From a virus, in IMG/VR virus record IMGVR_UViG_3300020048_000039, positions 32,001-96,000 of that record: a stretch of 64,000 nucleotides of DNA, one strand, 5' to 3'. Below the pieces are notes generated by a model. That model did no database searches and was not told where the DNA came from. It saw only the letters and a program-made list of their open reading frames with translations. This document shows positions 30,963 through 38,482 of the stretch, in pieces; the first letter of the stretch is position 1, and each line of letters starts with the position of its first letter. The position numbers and the translations under genes are program-made.

Positions 30963-33308
30963 ATGGCAACATTTACAATTGATTTACTAAACGGTGGTGA
31001 ATATTTATTTAATGCCGATTTTGGTGGTAGTACTGGTAGCACAGCAACAATCACCGCTAATAATGGTCTAACTAAATTAGGCGATAATATTGCATTAGGC
31101 GGTACTTTAACTTGTGATACCACAATTAGTGGTGGTTATACACTGAGTTTATGTAGTGGTACTAAAATTAATACTGATGCAGGTTATCAGATAAGTGGGG
31201 TCACTATGTTTAGAACTTCTTCATCAGCGTTAGGTTCAATATATATTGGTCAATGTAGTGGTAGTGATGTGTCTATTGGTGATAATAATTTTGGTGTAGG
31301 CTTATGTGCATTAGCATCTAACACAACTGGTAGTAATAACATTGCGCAAGGCAATTATGCATTACAAGCCAATACTACAGGTTGTAATAACATTGCACAA
31401 GGCAATAATGCATTATATGGGAATACTACAGGTAGTTATAACATTGCACAAGGCTTATGTTCATTACGTAGCAATATAAGTGGTACTTATAACATTGCAC
31501 AAGGCGGTTTTACATTACAAGCTAATACTACAGGTAGTAATAACATTGCACAAGGTTATGGGGCATTATATGCCAATACTACAGGTAGTGCTAACATTGC
31601 ACAAGGCAATCTGGCATTACGTTGCAATACTACAGGTTGTAATAACATTGCACAAGGCTTATGTGCATTACGTAGCAATACTACAGGTTGTAATAACATT
31701 GCACAAGGCAATCAGGCATTATATAGCAATACTACAGGTAGTTATAACATTGCACAAGGCAATTATGCATTATATGGTAATACTGAAGGCGGTGATAACA
31801 TTGCACAAGGCTATCAAGCATTATATAGCAATACTACGGGTAGTGATAACATTGCACAAGGCGTTTCGGCATTACAAGCTAATACTGAAGGTATTAATAA
31901 CATTGCACAAGGCAATCAAGCATTACATAACAATACTACAGGTAGTAATAACATTGCACAAGGCTCTTATGCATTAGTCAGCAATACTACAGGTAGTAAT
32001 AACATTGCACAAGGCAATCAAGCATTACTTGGCAATACTACAGGTGGTGACAATATTGCACAAGGCAGTGAGGCATTATTAACCAATACTGAAGGTTTTG
32101 GTAACATTGCACAAGGCAATCAGGCATTATATAGCAATACTACGGGTAGTGATAACATTGCACAAGGCAATCAGGCATTATATACCAATATAAGTGGTGG
32201 TTATAACATTGCACAAGGCGGTTTTACATTACAAGCTAATACTACAGGTAGTAATAACATTGCACAAGGCTATTTGGCATTACGTAGTAATACTGAAGGT
32301 TTTGGTAACATTGCACAAGGCAATCAGGCATTATATAGCAATACTACTGGTATTAATAACATTGCACAAGGCAATTCTGCATTATATAGCAATACTACAG
32401 GTGGTGACAATATTGCACAAGGCTATTCTGCATTATATGGCAATGTTACAGGTAGTAATAACATTGCACAAGGCAATAATGCATTAGTCAACAATACTAC
32501 AGGTAGTCATAACATTGCACAAGGCAATAATGCATTAGCCAGCAATACTGAAGGTAGTTATAACATTGCACAAGGCAATTCAGCATTATATAGTAATACT
32601 ACAGGTTATGATAACATTGCACAAGGCAATTCAGCATTATCTGCCAATATAAGTGGTTATAATAACATTGCACAAGGCATTCAGGCATTAATGGCTAATA
32701 CTACAGGTTGTGATAACATTGCACAAGGAGTACAAGCATTATATAGCAATACTACAGGTTGTAATAACATTGCACATGGCTATGGAGCATTATCCAGCAA
32801 TGTAAGTGGCTATGATAACATTGCACAAGGCTATGGAGCATTATCCAGCAATGTAAGTGGCTGTAATAACATTGCTATTGGTTATTCATCGGGTGCTGAT
32901 GATTTACTCATTATATCTACAGAATGTAATCATGTGGTAATTGGCAATAACAGCACCACTTGTGCAGTAGCTAAAGTAGCTTGGACAACCACTTCTGACG
33001 AACGTGATAAAATGAACTTTGGCATAGTGCCATATGGATTGGATTTTGTAAATGAGTTGAATCCAATATCATATCAATTCAGGACATCAAGATGTATTGA
33101 TGAACCAAGCGGTGGAATAAAATATGGTTTCAAAGCACAAGACATATTAGCTTTAGAAGGTGAGAATCCTGTAATTATAAGTAATAATGACATTGAGCAT
33201 TTGAAATACAATGAGTCATCATTAATTCCAGTATATGCTAATGCAATAAAGGAATTGACGATTAAGATTCAAGAATTGGAAAATAGATTAACACTATTGG
33301 AAAAATAA
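30963..33308 (+). CDS. tail fibre with 31 x 17-aa repeats and C-terminal S74-like intramolecular chaperone
   Basis: NIAQG..AL..NTTG array; TSDERDK...YGFKAQD...LKYNESSLIPV..NAIKEL. Confidence 0.85.
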   Translation: MATFTIDLLNGGEYLFNADFGGSTGSTATITANNGLTKLGDNIALGGTLTCDTTISGGYTLSLCSGTKINTDAGYQISGVTMFRTSSSALGSIYIGQCSGSDVSIGDNNFGVGLCALASNTTGSNNIAQGNYALQANTTGCNNIAQGNNALYGNTTGSYNIAQGLCSLRSNISGTYNIAQGGFTLQANTTGSNNIAQGYGALYANTTGSANIAQGNLALRCNTTGCNNIAQGLCALRSNTTGCNNIAQGNQALYSNTTGSYNIAQGNYALYGNTEGGDNIAQGYQALYSNTTGSDNIAQGVSALQANTEGINNIAQGNQALHNNTTGSNNIAQGSYALVSNTTGSNNIAQGNQALLGNTTGGDNIAQGSEALLTNTEGFGNIAQGNQALYSNTTGSDNIAQGNQALYTNISGGYNIAQGGFTLQANTTGSNNIAQGYLALRSNTEGFGNIAQGNQALYSNTTGINNIAQGNSALYSNTTGGDNIAQGYSALYGNVTGSNNIAQGNNALVNNTTGSHNIAQGNNALASNTEGSYNIAQGNSALYSNTTGYDNIAQGNSALSANISGYNNIAQGIQALMANTTGCDNIAQGVQALYSNTTGCNNIAHGYGALSSNVSGYDNIAQGYGALSSNVSGCNNIAIGYSSGADDLLIISTECNHVVIGNNSTTCAVAKVAWTTTSDERDKMNFGIVPYGLDFVNELNPISYQFRTSRCIDEPSGGIKYGFKAQDILALEGENPVIISNNDIEHLKYNESSLIPVYANAIKELTIKIQELENRLTLLEK
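31031..31383 (+). repeat. 353-nt near-identical duplication, copy 2
   Basis: Matches 25277-25629. Confidence 0.9.
31332..32882 (+). repeat. 51-nt in-frame tandem array (31 cores) with constant core AACATTGCACAAGGC
   Basis: Cores counted from the translation; the period of 17 codons fits the 1551-nt span. Confidence 0.9.
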
Positions 33309-33355
33309 TAGTATTTATATTAAAAATAACATTAAAAGCTAAAAACTAAGAAAAA

Positions 33356-33640
33356 ATGGCACTAATTAAAGATTACTATAATCCACAATTTAATTTAACC
33401 GTTGCTGGATGCTACTGGAAAATAGAAGTAGATAATGGAATTCAGGGTGGGAAGGAAAAACTTAATGTGAGAATGAATTGCTTTAAAACTAAGGAAATTG
33501 CCGATACTAATCAAGATAAGTATATGGATTTTGATTTCCAATTTACGCCTGATTTAACAGACACAGCACCTAATTTCATTGCACAGGCATACACGTTTGT
33601 AAAAACATTGCCCGAATTTACAACTGCTGTTGACGCATAA
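33356..33640 (+). CDS. putative tail fibre assembly/accessory protein
   Basis: Small ORF right after a chaperone-bearing fibre; NFIAQAYTFVKTLPEF..AVDA. Confidence 0.5.
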   Translation: MALIKDYYNPQFNLTVAGCYWKIEVDNGIQGGKEKLNVRMNCFKTKEIADTNQDKYMDFDFQFTPDLTDTAPNFIAQAYTFVKTLPEFTTAVDA

Positions 33641-33665
33641 CGCTAAATAGATTAATTGTTTCATA

Positions 33666-33700
33666 AATAACGAGTTTGTGTCAGACATAAACTCGTTATT
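33666..33700. terminator. inverted repeat/terminator
   Basis: AATAACGAGTTT/AAACTCGTTATT. Confidence 0.65.
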
Positions 33701-33732
33701 TTAGTATTTATATAAACCAAATACAATCTAAC

Positions 33733-34146
33733 ATGAATTACAGTACATTTGACACAAATAATTTCTTTATTAAGAAGGATAGTACCCTTCCTGAATTAAA
33801 ATATCCACTTGTTCAACAATTAAGGGAACAATATGATATTAGCGATTCGATGCTCGAAAATGTCGCAGTCACATTCTCTATGATTGATGCAATGACTGGA
33901 TTATATCGTATTGCGAATGTTGCTGGCAATCTTGTTATTGTTAATGACCCTGCTGCTCACCCTGACGAAGAAAAGTATACACTTACTTATAGATTCAAAC
34001 TGAATGATACAAGAAAGAGTGGAAGGTTTTTGGGGGAATTTAAATTAGACGCACTTGGTGAGAATTGTGGGAAAATTACGTTGCCAGTCAATGGGTATAT
34101 TAACATAATTATTTCAGATGGAATTACTAAAACTACAGTAATTTAA
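33733..34146 (+). CDS. BppU-like Ig-fold virion protein
   Basis: FFIKKDSTLPEL, VTFSM, YRF...DT...G.F.GEF, ITLP pattern resembles the BppU N-terminal domain as recalled. Confidence 0.5.
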   Translation: MNYSTFDTNNFFIKKDSTLPELKYPLVQQLREQYDISDSMLENVAVTFSMIDAMTGLYRIANVAGNLVIVNDPAAHPDEEKYTLTYRFKLNDTRKSGRFLGEFKLDALGENCGKITLPVNGYINIIISDGITKTTVI

Positions 34147-34150
34147 TTTC

Positions 34151-34181
34151 TTGCATTATTAGAATTTTTGAATTACTTTTG
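34151..34181 (+). promoter_or_regulatory. Bacteroidota-type promoter for the helicase/QueC/PolB operon
   Basis: TTG(34151)-N20-TACTTTTG(34174). Confidence 0.65.
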
Positions 34182-34198
34182 CATACTAATATAATTCT

Positions 34199-37165
34199 AT
34201 GCAAGAGATACCAATTTTTATTGTGCATTGTGAGCGAATACCACGAAGGCAAGCATACTATGTTAGGTTTCCACTTAATGATGGTCTTGTTGAAAAAATA
34301 AAAAGTCTTCCCGAAGACACCCGAAAATGGAGTGCTCTTAATTTGGCATGGGAAGTCAGTGCCTATTCATTATTCCTTTTAATTAAGAAGTACACTAAGT
34401 CAACCAAAATCCATTTCGATTTCGGCAATGATATTAGCCGTGGAATATTTATTGAGCAGGTTAAGAAAATTGAGATTGCCGAAGAAGAAAAAAGACTATT
34501 CATTGCTGACCTTAATATAAAGAAAGAGCATTGGGTTAAATATAAGGAAGAACTCGAAACTGAATACGTTAAGTATAGTGATAAAATGCACGCATTACTT
34601 AACGGTGATGTTAAATTATACAAGCACCAAATCACTGCTGCTCTTTTCATGAATGCCACCCGAAATGCATTAATTTCACATGAAATGGGTCTCGGAAAGA
34701 GCTTATCTTCAATACTTTACGTTGAAATGAATAAATTCGATAAAGTAGTAGTTGTTACTCCAAATTCTTTAAAGTTTAACTATTATTATGAAGTGGAGAA
34801 GTTCACTCAAAGCAATTCACACATAGTCAAGTGGAGAAAGAATAAATGCAGTATTGAAGATGCAAAATACATTATTGTTAATTATGATTTCTTCAACCCA
34901 AGTAGTAAAGAAGCATTTAAAGCAAAATGGGATAAACTTAAGATTGGTAAGGTTGATGCAGTGATTTGTGACGAATGTTTTCCATATAATACACCCGTTG
35001 AAACCAATATGGGTTCAGTGATGATTGGTGATATTGTGAGCCATAAACTTAATGTTAAAATTATATCCTATAATCATAGATTAAAAAAAATTGAACTAAA
35101 ATCAGTTAAGAGGTATTTATATAGAGGATATAAAGATATCGTTAAAATTAAATTATCGAACGGGAAAATAATTGAATGTACACCAGAGCATAAATTTTAT
35201 TCTGTTGATAGAAATAAATATATACCAATTAAGGATTTTAATTATGGAGAAAGACTATATGAATACGAGAAAGAAAAAAATATCGACAACAATAGTAGTC
35301 TGTCCACAATGTGGGGTGGAGTTCAAGCAAAAGCGAAGCTCACAAAAATTTTGTTCAAAAAGGTGTTCGGTTGCTTTTACTTCAAAAGAGAATATAATAA
35401 AAGCATTGAAGACAAGAAAAATGAATGGGAATTTATCACCAATTGTGACGAGAAAGTGCCAACATTGCGAAAAAGATTTTTCTGTTCAAGAAAGAATAGT
35501 CCAAAGATTTTGCTCAACAAATTGTTCGGCAAAATGGAGAATGATGCAGCCAGAAATAAGAATGGTGGTATATACAAAAGAATCTGGTCAGAAGATTTCA
35601 AAAGCAATTACGGAAAGCTACATCAAAAAACCAGAATTGAGAGAGCGTCTCTCGAAGAGAATGAAAGAAGTCAATCCAATGTCTCTATTAATAAATATAG
35701 AAAAAATGAAAGCAAAAAAACTAAACAGTACTTTTCTTTCAAGAGGTGGAAATGGACAATTAACCAAACAGCAATTAAAATTATATGGAGCAATTTCTGG
35801 AATGACTCAAATGAAAATGGAATTAGCAATACCAGTATTAATGCCACTAAGAAAAATGAATTTAATAGTAACTTCACCACCAACACACTACAAGGTGGAT
35901 ATTGGAATACCGAGTCTGAATTTAGCGATAGAGGTGGATGGAAATTCCCACAAAACGAAGAAATGGAAATTTTTAGACAAAAGAAAAACGGAAATTTTAG
36001 AATTGTTAGGGTGGAAAGTATTGAGATTTTGGAATCAAGAGATAGACGAAAATTTGGAACAGGTGGTAGCCAAAATAAAGGTGTTTATGATTTAGAAATT
36101 GAAGATAATCACAATTTTTTCGCTAATAATATACTTGTGAGTAATTGTCAGAAGCTCAAAAATATTAAAGCAAATACTTATAAGAATTTCAGCAAGACAT
36201 TTAGAAAAGATGCATTTAAGAATGAAAAGGTAAGTAAAATATTCTTATCTGGAACTCCTGCACCTAATCGTGCACATGAATTGTATTCGGTTTTAAACCA
36301 AATATCCCCAACTGATTTTGCAACAAAGAAATACTTTAATGAATATTATTGTGGTATGGTATATGATTTTACATATGGTTGGGGTTATGACCCTGACCAA
36401 ATGGAAACTCGTTTTGAAGAACTCTATCACAAAATTGCACCATTTACTCATAGAAAGAGAAAATCCGAAGTACTGAAAGACCTTCCAGATAAAATCTATC
36501 AAAAGGTTATGCTGGAAATGGACGATAGTGAATATAAGATTTATGATGAAATAGAATCTGGTGTTGCTAATGAATTTGTATTGCACCCAAATGGCAATGC
36601 CTTGACCACAATGGTTCGTTTAAGACAATATACTTCACACATTAAAATTAAACCAGTTATTGAGTTGATTGAGAATATCTTAGAAACTGGTGAAAAGGTT
36701 GTGGTTGTGGATTTCTTTAAGGAAGGTCTTTATGAATTAAAGAAACAGCTTGGTGATGTAGCAGCACTGCATACTGGCGACCAATCACCCGAAGTACGTG
36801 CTGACTTAGTTAAAGAGTTCCAAGACCCAAACGGTAAGATAAAAGTATTCCTTGGCTCAATACAAACATGTAATTATGGTTTGACATTAACAGCAGCCAG
36901 TAAGCTATTTATTTTATCACTACCATTCAGTGTTGGGGAATACGACCAAGTTGCAGACCGTTTACATAGAATTGGTCAAAAGGATGTTGTGAATATCTAT
37001 CCACTGATGTTCAGGGATTCTATTGATGAATATGTGTATGCTGCAATTGAGAGTAAGCGTAAGGAAATTGTTAAAGTAATTGACAACGAAGACTACGAAT
37101 CAAAAGTCGGTGAATCAATATTAAGTGAAGTCATTAAAAAAATAAAGGAAAAACATGGGAAGTAG
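34199..37165 (+). CDS. SNF2/SWI2-family helicase (SMARCAL1-like) interrupted by an intein
   Basis: HEMGLGKS (motif I), ICDE|CQK after splicing, LSGTP..NR, GEKVVV, GLTLTAAS, QVADRLHRIGQ. Confidence 0.92.
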   Translation: MQEIPIFIVHCERIPRRQAYYVRFPLNDGLVEKIKSLPEDTRKWSALNLAWEVSAYSLFLLIKKYTKSTKIHFDFGNDISRGIFIEQVKKIEIAEEEKRLFIADLNIKKEHWVKYKEELETEYVKYSDKMHALLNGDVKLYKHQITAALFMNATRNALISHEMGLGKSLSSILYVEMNKFDKVVVVTPNSLKFNYYYEVEKFTQSNSHIVKWRKNKCSIEDAKYIIVNYDFFNPSSKEAFKAKWDKLKIGKVDAVICDECFPYNTPVETNMGSVMIGDIVSHKLNVKIISYNHRLKKIELKSVKRYLYRGYKDIVKIKLSNGKIIECTPEHKFYSVDRNKYIPIKDFNYGERLYEYEKEKNIDNNSSLSTMWGGVQAKAKLTKILFKKVFGCFYFKREYNKSIEDKKNEWEFITNCDEKVPTLRKRFFCSRKNSPKILLNKLFGKMENDAARNKNGGIYKRIWSEDFKSNYGKLHQKTRIERASLEENERSQSNVSINKYRKNESKKTKQYFSFKRWKWTINQTAIKIIWSNFWNDSNENGISNTSINATKKNEFNSNFTTNTLQGGYWNTESEFSDRGGWKFPQNEEMEIFRQKKNGNFRIVRVESIEILESRDRRKFGTGGSQNKGVYDLEIEDNHNFFANNILVSNCQKLKNIKANTYKNFSKTFRKDAFKNEKVSKIFLSGTPAPNRAHELYSVLNQISPTDFATKKYFNEYYCGMVYDFTYGWGYDPDQMETRFEELYHKIAPFTHRKRKSEVLKDLPDKIYQKVMLEMDDSEYKIYDEIESGVANEFVLHPNGNALTTMVRLRQYTSHIKIKPVIELIENILETGEKVVVVDFFKEGLYELKKQLGDVAALHTGDQSPEVRADLVKEFQDPNGKIKVFLGSIQTCNYGLTLTAASKLFILSLPFSVGEYDQVADRLHRIGQKDVVNIYPLMFRDSIDEYVYAAIESKRKEIVKVIDNEDYESKVGESILSEVIKKIKEKHGK
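35113..35120 (+). promoter_or_regulatory. GTATTTAT late-promoter-like box inside the intein coding sequence
   Basis: AGGTATTTATATAG about 125 nt upstream of the nested endonuclease ATG. Confidence 0.45.
35244..36095 (+). CDS. nested (+1 frame) Zn-ribbon + DUF559/Vsr-like endonuclease inside the intein
   Basis: CPQCG..F......KFCSKRC and CQHCEKDF.......FCSTNC repeats; YKVDIG...LAIEVDGNSH...DKRKTEILELLGWKVLRFWN; ATG 35244 (or 35259; the ORF track starts at TTG 35172). Confidence 0.85.
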   Translation: MEKDYMNTRKKKISTTIVVCPQCGVEFKQKRSSQKFCSKRCSVAFTSKENIIKALKTRKMNGNLSPIVTRKCQHCEKDFSVQERIVQRFCSTNCSAKWRMMQPEIRMVVYTKESGQKISKAITESYIKKPELRERLSKRMKEVNPMSLLINIEKMKAKKLNSTFLSRGGNGQLTKQQLKLYGAISGMTQMKMELAIPVLMPLRKMNLIVTSPPTHYKVDIGIPSLNLAIEVDGNSHKTKKWKFLDKRKTEILELLGWKVLRFWNQEIDENLEQVVAKIKVFMI

Positions 37166-37514
37166 ATATGTTCATGGTATGAATCCGTTTCGTGATTTCT
37201 TAGTTGAGTCACTAAAATATGAATACAATATTGCAGGAAAAGCAGAAAAACGAGAGATTGACAACTCTTTTAAATATATTTTAGAAAACGTTTTGAATAA
37301 CGGAAAAGAGGCTGTACATTTGGACTTTGAAATCATCGATAAAAACGGTTGGTATAGTGTTAGGGGTAAAAACCCGCCAAGTGCACTGTGGCTCAGTGGA
37401 ATACTGGTCGAAAATGTTGAGTATATGTTAGATGCCAAGTCATTCGAAATTGGTGATAGAAAGTACAAATACAACCAAAAAACAGGTGAATTAACTTTTA
37501 AATTAAAAAAATGA
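37155..37514 (+). CDS. hypothetical protein
   Basis: 119-aa ORF overlapping both neighbours; start uncertain. Confidence 0.65.
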   Translation: MGSRYVHGMNPFRDFLVESLKYEYNIAGKAEKREIDNSFKYILENVLNNGKEAVHLDFEIIDKNGWYSVRGKNPPSALWLSGILVENVEYMLDAKSFEIGDRKYKYNQKTGELTFKLKK

Positions 37515-38467
37515 AGAAAAGTGTTGCAGTATTGTTCTCAGGTGGATTAGACTCCACCTATTTGGTGTGGAAAAATTTATCGGAAGGAAACACAGTATTT
37601 CCAGTTTACATCGAAATCACTAACAATCAAGTTAAATCTGTTTTGGAGAAAAATAGAATTGGGTTGTTGCGTAGAGAATTTCTAAAGGAGTTTAAGACTC
37701 CAATTGGTGATTGGGAAGAACCACTCGCAAATATTAATTATTTGTTAAGTGTTGGTGTTGATGCAAATGAAAGTGCATTGCGTTTGAGACAATTACCTGT
37801 TTGGATGGTAGGATTATCATTTATGCAAAGCATGAAAGTTGATGAAATTCAAATTGGCTATGTGTCAAATGATGATGCAATATCATATTTGGATGAAATT
37901 CAGGCTATTTACAAGTCTTATGAAAAGATTACGGAAACGACAATGATACCATTAACATTTCCATTAATAAAGAAACATAAATGGGAAATGGCATCTGAAT
38001 TGCCAAATCAATATTTGAAGTTGGTAATTAGTTGTGAGGGTGCTCATATTGTTAAAGAAAAGGACAGAGAATTAGTTTCGAAGAATGTATATGGTAGTAG
38101 TGGTGTAGCATCTGACCCTGATTATCTTATTGAGTATGAACCATGTTGTGATTGTCAACCCTGTAAAACAATAATGGCAACTGGAAGTTATTATGGTGTA
38201 TATGAATTTCCTGAAAACTATAAAAAACGTGTTGTTTATAATCATATTTGGGCATTATATCGTGAGGGATATAAAATAACCGATAAAGATGGAAAAAATC
38301 CATGTGAACCTGCAACACTTGACTATGCGAAATTCACTCCATACCAAATGGAATTACCACTCGATTGGTGTAACTACATACCAACGTTAGATTGCTGCGC
38401 TTGGAAGGGTGAAGAGAAATTGGCTGACCTTGAAGCCGATGGATGTTGTGATATTAGAAAAGCTTAA
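37511..38467 (+). CDS. queC: QueC-like PP-loop ATPase (7-cyano-7-deazaguanine synthase family)
   Basis: VAVLFSGGLDSTYL, and SC...PCCDCQPC Zn cluster. Confidence 0.6.
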   Translation: MKKSVAVLFSGGLDSTYLVWKNLSEGNTVFPVYIEITNNQVKSVLEKNRIGLLRREFLKEFKTPIGDWEEPLANINYLLSVGVDANESALRLRQLPVWMVGLSFMQSMKVDEIQIGYVSNDDAISYLDEIQAIYKSYEKITETTMIPLTFPLIKKHKWEMASELPNQYLKLVISCEGAHIVKEKDRELVSKNVYGSSGVASDPDYLIEYEPCCDCQPCKTIMATGSYYGVYEFPENYKKRVVYNHIWALYREGYKITDKDGKNPCEPATLDYAKFTPYQMELPLDWCNYIPTLDCCAWKGEEKLADLEADGCCDIRKA

Positions 38468-38482
38468 AACAAATAAAACTGA

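Larger units (their letters stand above)
34976..36145 (+). mobile_element. intein (390 aa) in helicase motif II
   Basis: Starts CFPYNTPV, block B ECTPEHKFY, ends VYDLEIEDNHNFFANNILVSN followed by +1 Cys; removal restores ICDECQKLKN. Confidence 0.92.

Noticed and set aside
25277-31383. Diversity-generating retroelement template/variable repeat pair
   Set aside because: The differences are not confined to adenines, neither copy is at a C-terminal variable region, and there is no reverse transcriptase in the window
31480-32487. Alternative-frame ORFs 31480-31977, 32194-32487 and 25675-25911 (VITLHKA repeats)
   Set aside because: They are shadows of the 51-nt repeat, which lacks stops in that frame; there are no start signals or domains
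31332-32882. CRISPR-like pattern (15-nt constant core with 36-nt variable spacers)
   Set aside because: The period is exactly 17 codons inside an open fibre gene, the spacers are homologous to each other and encode AL..NTTG, and no cas genes or leader are present
35244-36095. Programmed frameshift fusing the intein N-part to the endonuclease
   Set aside because: It is not required, because the intein frame is fully open and the +1 ORF has its own ATG. A shifted product would stop before block F and the helicase C-half. It cannot be fully excluded without Ribo-seq
34976-36145. Canonical in-frame LAGLIDADG homing endonuclease in the intein
   Set aside because: No LAGLIDADG-like helices occur in the intein frame; the nuclease motifs are only in the +1 frame
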